Shown: piece by piece, positions 58,705 to 64,000 of the stretch | Position numbering within the stretch: the first letter of the stretch is position 1 | How the letters are laid out: every line of letters starts with the position of its first letter | Assembly (NCBI GenBank): GCA_043812655.1 | Contig: JBDRLW010000030.1 | Coordinates: 1 to 64,000, forward strand | Length of the DNA stretch: 64,000 nt | Origin: a bacterium | Lineage (GTDB): Bacteria; Margulisbacteria; WOR-1; O2-12-FULL-45-9; XYB2-FULL-48-7 | Reading direction: 5' to 3' | Notes under the pieces: generated by a model | Told to the model about the DNA's origin: nothing | The model's input: the letters and a program-made list of their open reading frames with translations, nothing else | Databases searched by the model: none | Made by a program: the position numbers and the translations under genes

Positions 58705-58815
58705 AACATTATGTAAATTTTTGTTTTGCTTCATACTGCCCCTGTTTTTTATTCCTATCTTTTTTCTTGTCCCTGCTGCCTGCAAATCATCCCTCTCATC
58801 TGCTATCATTATCCT

Positions 58816-59784
58816 ATGACCTGGGAATTACTTAACCACGAAAACATTTTAAGCACCGTTGAAGCCACGCTTGGAGAAAGGTTAAGCAACCTTATTCTTC
58901 CCCGCAACAGCTACATCAATCGGGTTTATGAACTGGAAAAATATGATTCCAGGGAAAGGTTTATCGTTAAATTTTATCGTCCTGGTCGCTGGACGTTGGA
59001 ACAAATTCAAGAAGAACATGATTTTCTATTCGAGCTTTCAGCCCAAGAAATTCCCGTCGTCCCACCAATTAAAATAAAGAATAAGACTCTTTTTCTTCTC
59101 CCAACTCCAACCCCCCCACTCCAACCTATCCCCTACACCCTATTCCCTAAAAGATCCGGCCGCGCTCTGGACGAGTTTGACAAAAACGCCTGGGAAGAGC
59201 TGGGACGCCTTATCGCTAGAATGCACCTTGTCGGAGAAACTCGCAAGGCCAGCGGCAGAGTTTTTTGGCGGCCAGCAATAGCAACCAAACATCATCTTGA
59301 AACAATTTTAAAAACCAGCTTTCTTCTTCCAAAATTTGACGCCGCCTTTAAACAAGCAACTGAAGCCTTTATTAAAAAGGCTGACCCGTCCTTTGAAAAC
59401 CAAAACAACATCTTGCTCCACGGCGATTGCCATAAAGGAAATCTGATCCACCGGCCCAACGAAGGCATTTTTATTATTGATTTTGACGATATCTGTTTTG
59501 GGCCGGCGGTTCAAGACCTTTGGCTTCTCCTTCCCGATGTTCCAGACAACTGCCAAAAAGAACTCTCTTGGTTTATTAAAGGCTATGAAACATTCCGTCC
59601 TTTCCCTGCAACTTCTCTCTCCCTTATTCCTTTTCTTCGTGGGATGCGCCTTATCCATTTCGCCGCTTGGCTCGCCGTCCAGTGCCATGAACCGGATTTC
59701 TTTATCCATTTTCCCGAAGCGAAAAGCGCCCGCTATCAAAACGAATTAATTAAAGAGTTGCAGGAAATCTCTGTTACAGTATAA
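58816..59784 (+). CDS. srkA: Stress response kinase SrkA/RdoA
   Basis: NSYINRVY, KFYRPGRW, EEHDF, HGDCHKGN, DFDD, GPAVQDLW. Confidence 0.92.
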   Translation: MTWELLNHENILSTVEATLGERLSNLILPRNSYINRVYELEKYDSRERFIVKFYRPGRWTLEQIQEEHDFLFELSAQEIPVVPPIKIKNKTLFLLPTPTPPLQPIPYTLFPKRSGRALDEFDKNAWEELGRLIARMHLVGETRKASGRVFWRPAIATKHHLETILKTSFLLPKFDAAFKQATEAFIKKADPSFENQNNILLHGDCHKGNLIHRPNEGIFIIDFDDICFGPAVQDLWLLLPDVPDNCQKELSWFIKGYETFRPFPATSLSLIPFLRGMRLIHFAAWLAVQCHEPDFFIHFPEAKSARYQNELIKELQEISVTV

Positions 59785-59796
59785 TATGGTAACCAT

Positions 59797-61635
59797 ATGA
59801 AAAAGGCATTGAGATGGCTAGCAATAATGGTCGGCGTCCTTATCCTTCTTTTAGTTGTCGGCATGATCGCCCTCCCCTTTATTTTCCCGCTGGACAAAAT
59901 TAAAGACTTTGCGACCACCAAGATCTCCGAATCGATCCACCGGGAAGTTAAGATAAACAAAGTTTCCTTTAATATTTTTTCCGGCATCAAACTGGAAGGC
60001 CTTTATGTCGGCAACCGTTCCGGGTTTGCCAAGAGGCCTTTTATTTCTGCCGATTCGATCGATCTCCATTACGCCTTCTGGCCGCTCTTTTCCCGCCAGA
60101 TCATTATTAAAGAAATAAGCTTGGTTAAGCCGCAGATCCTGGTTGAAAAAAATGCCCGCGGCGAGTTTAACTTTTCCGACATGATCGCCAAGCCCTCATC
60201 GCCAAACGCTTCGCCTGTCGCATCCGCCAAACGAACATCGCCCCCTTTCGATCTTTTCGTAACCGCCTTCTCCATTAAGAACGGCAAGCTTTCTTATGTC
60301 GACAATTCAACCAAAACCATCAGTGAAATAAAAAACCTTGGCGTTAAAATTTCTGGGTTTGAGCTGGCCCTGGTTAAACCGATCAACCTCAAGGTTTCTG
60401 CCGATGTCAATTATCAGGGAAAAGATATTCCAGTTTCTCTGGCCGGTAAAATCGGCGTTAACCTGGCGGAAGAATCTATTAACATCCCTTCTCTTGCTCT
60501 TTCGATCGCTGGGGAAAGCCTAAACGCAACGGCCAAAGTTTCATCCTGGAAGGTCGCGCCGCAAATAAATTTTTCCCTCAATTCCGGAGGGTTTAATGTT
60601 GACCCCCTCCTGGCGATCTTTGCAGCTTCCGCCCCAGCTAAAAAAACAAAACCAGTTCCCGGCGCCCTAACCAAAACGATCAACCAGGCCACCGCCTCCA
60701 TCCCAGCCAATGTCGGAGTTAAGGGAGAAGTTAATGTAAACAACTTAACCTTCCAAAAGTTCAAGGTCGACAAGATAGGACTTTCGCTTTCTCTCGCCCG
60801 CAAGGTTGCTACCGCCTCCCTTCGTGAAATTAAATTTTCCGGTGGAACCTTGACCGGTAAGGCTGTTGTCAACCTAAATACCCCCGGGCTTGGTTATGAG
60901 GTTAGCGACCTTAAGTTGGCCGGCTTTGATGCGCATCCATTTTCCAACTCTGTGGTCGAAACTTTTTTAACCACCCTGCCCGACTATAAAGACTTGATCG
61001 ACAAAGCCTATGGGACGCTGGACCTTTCTGCCTCTCTTTCTGGCCGTGGCGTTGAACCGAATGATATCATGGCAAACCTCAACGGCGAAGCTTCTCTCTC
61101 GCTAAAGAATGGCGAGCTAAAAAGGCTTAAAACCTTGGCTTCCGTCGGCCAAACCTTGAAGTCAAACACCCTGCAAGGAGATGTTAAGTTTGGCGAGCTA
61201 ACCGCCGCCGCGAGCATTAGCAAAAAAGTTGTTAACGTAAAAACATTAAAGCTCGACAACCAAGACTTTGGCTTGAATTTTAAGGGGGGTGTTGATCTTG
61301 GCCGCTTGGTTTGGGTTGCCGGCAACCGCCTGACCCTAAAGCTTTCCCCTGCGAACACCAAAAACCTGCCTCAACAATTTTCCTTAATGCGGGACGACAA
61401 GGGCTGGCTGGAGATCACCTTTGAATTAACCGGAGGACTCACCAAGCCGTTCCCCAAACCGATCTTAGACAAACCGATCGAAGCCGCTGTCGGCAAACTA
61501 AAGGTTAAAATAGAAGCTAAAAAAGTTGAGATCGAAAATCAAGCAAAGGCAGAGGCCCAGAAAAAGCTGGACGCCGAAAAAGCCCGACTCCAAGAAGAAG
61601 CCAAGAATAAGCTAAAAAACCTCATTAAGTTTTAA
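59797..61635 (+). CDS. AsmA family protein
   Basis: N-terminal TM, P.I.VEKNA.G.FNFSD, repeated beta-strand pattern. Confidence 0.85.
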   Translation: MKKALRWLAIMVGVLILLLVVGMIALPFIFPLDKIKDFATTKISESIHREVKINKVSFNIFSGIKLEGLYVGNRSGFAKRPFISADSIDLHYAFWPLFSRQIIIKEISLVKPQILVEKNARGEFNFSDMIAKPSSPNASPVASAKRTSPPFDLFVTAFSIKNGKLSYVDNSTKTISEIKNLGVKISGFELALVKPINLKVSADVNYQGKDIPVSLAGKIGVNLAEESINIPSLALSIAGESLNATAKVSSWKVAPQINFSLNSGGFNVDPLLAIFAASAPAKKTKPVPGALTKTINQATASIPANVGVKGEVNVNNLTFQKFKVDKIGLSLSLARKVATASLREIKFSGGTLTGKAVVNLNTPGLGYEVSDLKLAGFDAHPFSNSVVETFLTTLPDYKDLIDKAYGTLDLSASLSGRGVEPNDIMANLNGEASLSLKNGELKRLKTLASVGQTLKSNTLQGDVKFGELTAAASISKKVVNVKTLKLDNQDFGLNFKGGVDLGRLVWVAGNRLTLKLSPANTKNLPQQFSLMRDDKGWLEITFELTGGLTKPFPKPILDKPIEAAVGKLKVKIEAKKVEIENQAKAEAQKKLDAEKARLQEEAKNKLKNLIKF

Positions 61636-61636
61636 C

Positions 61637-61667
61637 GCAAGTTTTCCCCTCCAAACCTCGATATATA
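61637..61667 (+). promoter_or_regulatory. Sigma28-like promoter motif
   Basis: GCAAGTTT-N14-CGATATATA, ATG at 61676. Confidence 0.6.
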
Positions 61668-61675
61668 TAGTAGAT

Positions 61676-62005
61676 ATGAGAGCTATAACAATTGCCCTAT
61701 TATTGATCGCCTTTTTTGCCGGGTTGGCCTGGAGCGAACCTGTCGCCAACATTAAAGAGCTATATTCAGCCCCTAGTGAAAATTCCAACTTAGTCTATAA
61801 GATCCCGATCGATGTTAAGATTCTTGAGGTCTCCCCAGACGGCAATTGGCATAAAGTCAGGATAGCATATTCTTTTGGCCCTCTTTCATATTCCTATGTC
61901 GGCTGGGCCAAAGTCCCTGTTGGCGATATCTTAGCCGCCAGGCTAGAGACTGAGGAGCTCGCCATCATCGATGAAGCTCCCCCAGAAAAGATTGCTTCAA
62001 AGTAA
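61676..62005 (+). CDS. Exported SH3-like domain protein
   Basis: Signal peptide, LYSAPS..S, GNWHKV, GW motifs. Confidence 0.65.
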   Translation: MRAITIALLLIAFFAGLAWSEPVANIKELYSAPSENSNLVYKIPIDVKILEVSPDGNWHKVRIAYSFGPLSYSYVGWAKVPVGDILAARLETEELAIIDEAPPEKIASK

Positions 62006-62029
62006 CTAGTTTGTTATAATCGCCTTAAG

Positions 62030-62542
62030 TTGAAAGACGAACTAAAAAAACTCCTCAAAGAGACTGGCGCCGTTAAAGCTGGCGAATTTATCCTCTCCTC
62101 TGGCAAGAAAAGCAATCTTTATATTGACTGCCGCAAGATCACTTTACACCCCCAAGGCTCACGGCTTATCGCCAAGATCATCTTGGAAAAAATCAAAGGC
62201 TTAAATGTCCAGGCGATCGGCGGCATGACGCTTGGGGCTGACCCAATTACCTCCTCTGTTGTTGCCTTAAGTGAGATTCCCGGCTTTATCGTTAGGAAAA
62301 AAGAAAAAGAACACGGAACGAAACAAAGGATTGAAGGGATTCTCCAGCCCGGCTGGAATGTCGTGATTGTCGAGGATGTTTCAACCACCGGCGGTTCCGC
62401 GCTTCAAGCGATCGAAGCGGTTGAATCTTTTGGCGCCAAAGTCGTCAAGGTTATTTCTGTTGTTGACCGTGAGGAAGGATCTGCCGACGCCTTTAAAAAC
62501 TACTCCTTCGACCCTATCTTTAAAAAGTCTGAACTTGTCTGA
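62030..62542 (+). CDS. pyrE: Orotate phosphoribosyltransferase
   Basis: FILSSGKKS, RKKEKEHG, VEDVSTTGGS. Confidence 0.96.
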   Translation: MKDELKKLLKETGAVKAGEFILSSGKKSNLYIDCRKITLHPQGSRLIAKIILEKIKGLNVQAIGGMTLGADPITSSVVALSEIPGFIVRKKEKEHGTKQRIEGILQPGWNVVIVEDVSTTGGSALQAIEAVESFGAKVVKVISVVDREEGSADAFKNYSFDPIFKKSELV

Positions 62543-62577
62543 TCTTCTGGTAATCTGATATACTGATTATCTAACCC

Positions 62578-62650
<73 letters not shown>

Positions 62651-62734
62651 TTCACTTGACAGGAGGGCGGGGTTTCGTAGTATAATTATAATTCGAGACA
62701 AAATCATTTTGATGTATTATAGGAGGTAAAGAAA

Positions 62735-63928
62735 ATGGCCAGAGAAAAGTTTGAAAGGAAAAAGCCCCACGTAAACATTGGGACGATCGGACACGTTGAT
62801 CACGGGAAAACTACATTAACCTCGGCGATCACCAAGGTTCTCGCCATGAAGGGAATGGCCAAGGCCAAAGCCTTCGACGAGATCGACAGCGCCCCGGAAG
62901 AAAAGGCCCGTGGTATAACCATCGCAATCGCCCACGTTGAATACGAAACCGATAAAAGGCATTATGCCCACATCGACTGCCCGGGACACGCTGACTATGT
63001 TAAGAACATGGTCATCGGCGCTGCGCAGATGGACGGAGCGATCTTGGTCGTTTCTGCCGCCGACGGCCCAATGCCCCAAACCCGTGAACATATCTTGCTA
63101 GCCCGTCAAGTTAACGTCCCGGCGATCGTCGTTTTCTTAAACAAGGTTGACATGGTTGACGATCCAGAGCTAGTCGATCTAGTCGAAGTTGAAACCAGGG
63201 ATCTGTTAACAAAGTACAAATTTCCTGGCAATGACATCCCGATCATCCGCGGCTCCGCTTTAAAGGCCATGGAAGCCGCTGACGTCAACAGCCCAGATGT
63301 CAAGCCAATCCTTGACCTTATGGATGCTGTCGACAATTACATTCCCGAACCTAAGCGGCCGCTCGACCAGCCATTCTTGATGCCGATCGAGGACGTTTTC
63401 ACTATTACCGGGCGAGGCACTGTCGGCACCGGCAGGATTGAACGCGGCGTCGTTAAGGTTGGCGAAGAAGTCGAATTAATGGGTCTTGGTTCACACAAAA
63501 AAGCGGTCGTGACCGGCGTCGAAATGTTCCGCAAAACCCTTGACGAGGGCCGAGCTGGAGACAACGTCGGCTTGCTGATGCGCGGCATTGAAAAAGAAGA
63601 GATCCAACGCGGCATGGTCGCAGCCAAACCCGGCTCGATCAAGCCACACAAAAAGTTTGAGGCCCAGGTCTACGTTTTGACCAAAGAAGAGGGCGGCCGT
63701 CACACCCCATTCTTTAATGGTTATAAACCCCAGTTCTTCATCAGGACCACCGACGTTACTGGCGAGATCAAATTGCCGGATAAAGTTGAAATGGTCATGC
63801 CTGGAGATAACGTCACGATGACCGTTGAGTTGATCACCGATATCGCCGTTGAAGAAGGCTTAAGGTTCGCCATCAGAGAAGGCGGCCGAACCGTTGGGGC
63901 TGGAGCCGTAACTAAGATCTTGGCTTAA
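62735..63928 (+). CDS. tuf: Elongation factor Tu
   Basis: [29 protein letters not shown]. Confidence 0.99.
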   Translation: MAREKFERKKPHVNIGTIGHVDHGKTTLTSAITKVLAMKGMAKAKAFDEIDSAPEEKARGITIAIAHVEYETDKRHYAHIDCPGHADYVKNMVIGAAQMDGAILVVSAADGPMPQTREHILLARQVNVPAIVVFLNKVDMVDDPELVDLVEVETRDLLTKYKFPGNDIPIIRGSALKAMEAADVNSPDVKPILDLMDAVDNYIPEPKRPLDQPFLMPIEDVFTITGRGTVGTGRIERGVVKVGEEVELMGLGSHKKAVVTGVEMFRKTLDEGRAGDNVGLLMRGIEKEEIQRGMVAAKPGSIKPHKKFEAQVYVLTKEEGGRHTPFFNGYKPQFFIRTTDVTGEIKLPDKVEMVMPGDNVTMTVELITDIAVEEGLRFAIREGGRTVGAGAVTKILA

Positions 63929-63963
63929 CAAAAATTGAACAGAGCCATCCGTTTACTTGGCTT

Positions 63964-64000
63964 AATGGCGACGATTTCAATAATCGTCGCCATTTGTTTT
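63964..64000 (+). terminator. Possible terminator hairpin after tuf
   Basis: 13-bp stem AATGGCGACGATT/AATCGTCGCCATT then TGTTTT; also lies within a possible ORF starting TTG 63935 (NRAIRLLGLMATISIIVAICF). Confidence 0.45.

Overview
Dense bacterial chromosomal segment, mostly housekeeping: thrS(3' end)-infC-rpmI-rplT, pilin-like cluster, panC, topA, mutL, aroA/tyrA/aroE, purE, radA-clpC, smc, metK, xerC, rpmF-plsX-fab cluster, tRNA-Tyr, tRNA-Thr-tuf. AsmA, predicted beta-barrels, SLH domains and an Fe-S-fused Etf suggest an anaerobic diderm. My unverified impression is a Margulisbacteria/Saganbacteria-like relative of Cyanobacteria. No CRISPR array, rRNA, prophage or transposase was seen. Best leads: (1) a mini GIY-YIG nuclease between an intact tRNA-Tyr and a 5' tRNA-Tyr copy whose anticodon arm is partly replaced by a GC hairpin; (2) a repeated sigma28-like promoter before orphan genes, two copies with a G12 tract in the spacer; (3) T9SS-like parts (SprA-like, PorV-like, CTD-bearing protease); (4) an acyl-CoA dehydrogenase/bifurcating-type Etf module inside the fatty-acid synthesis cluster; (5) a 744-aa Smc with no hinge; (6) degenerate 7-mer repeats in frame inside core proteins. 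All protein calls come from motif recognition, not database searches.
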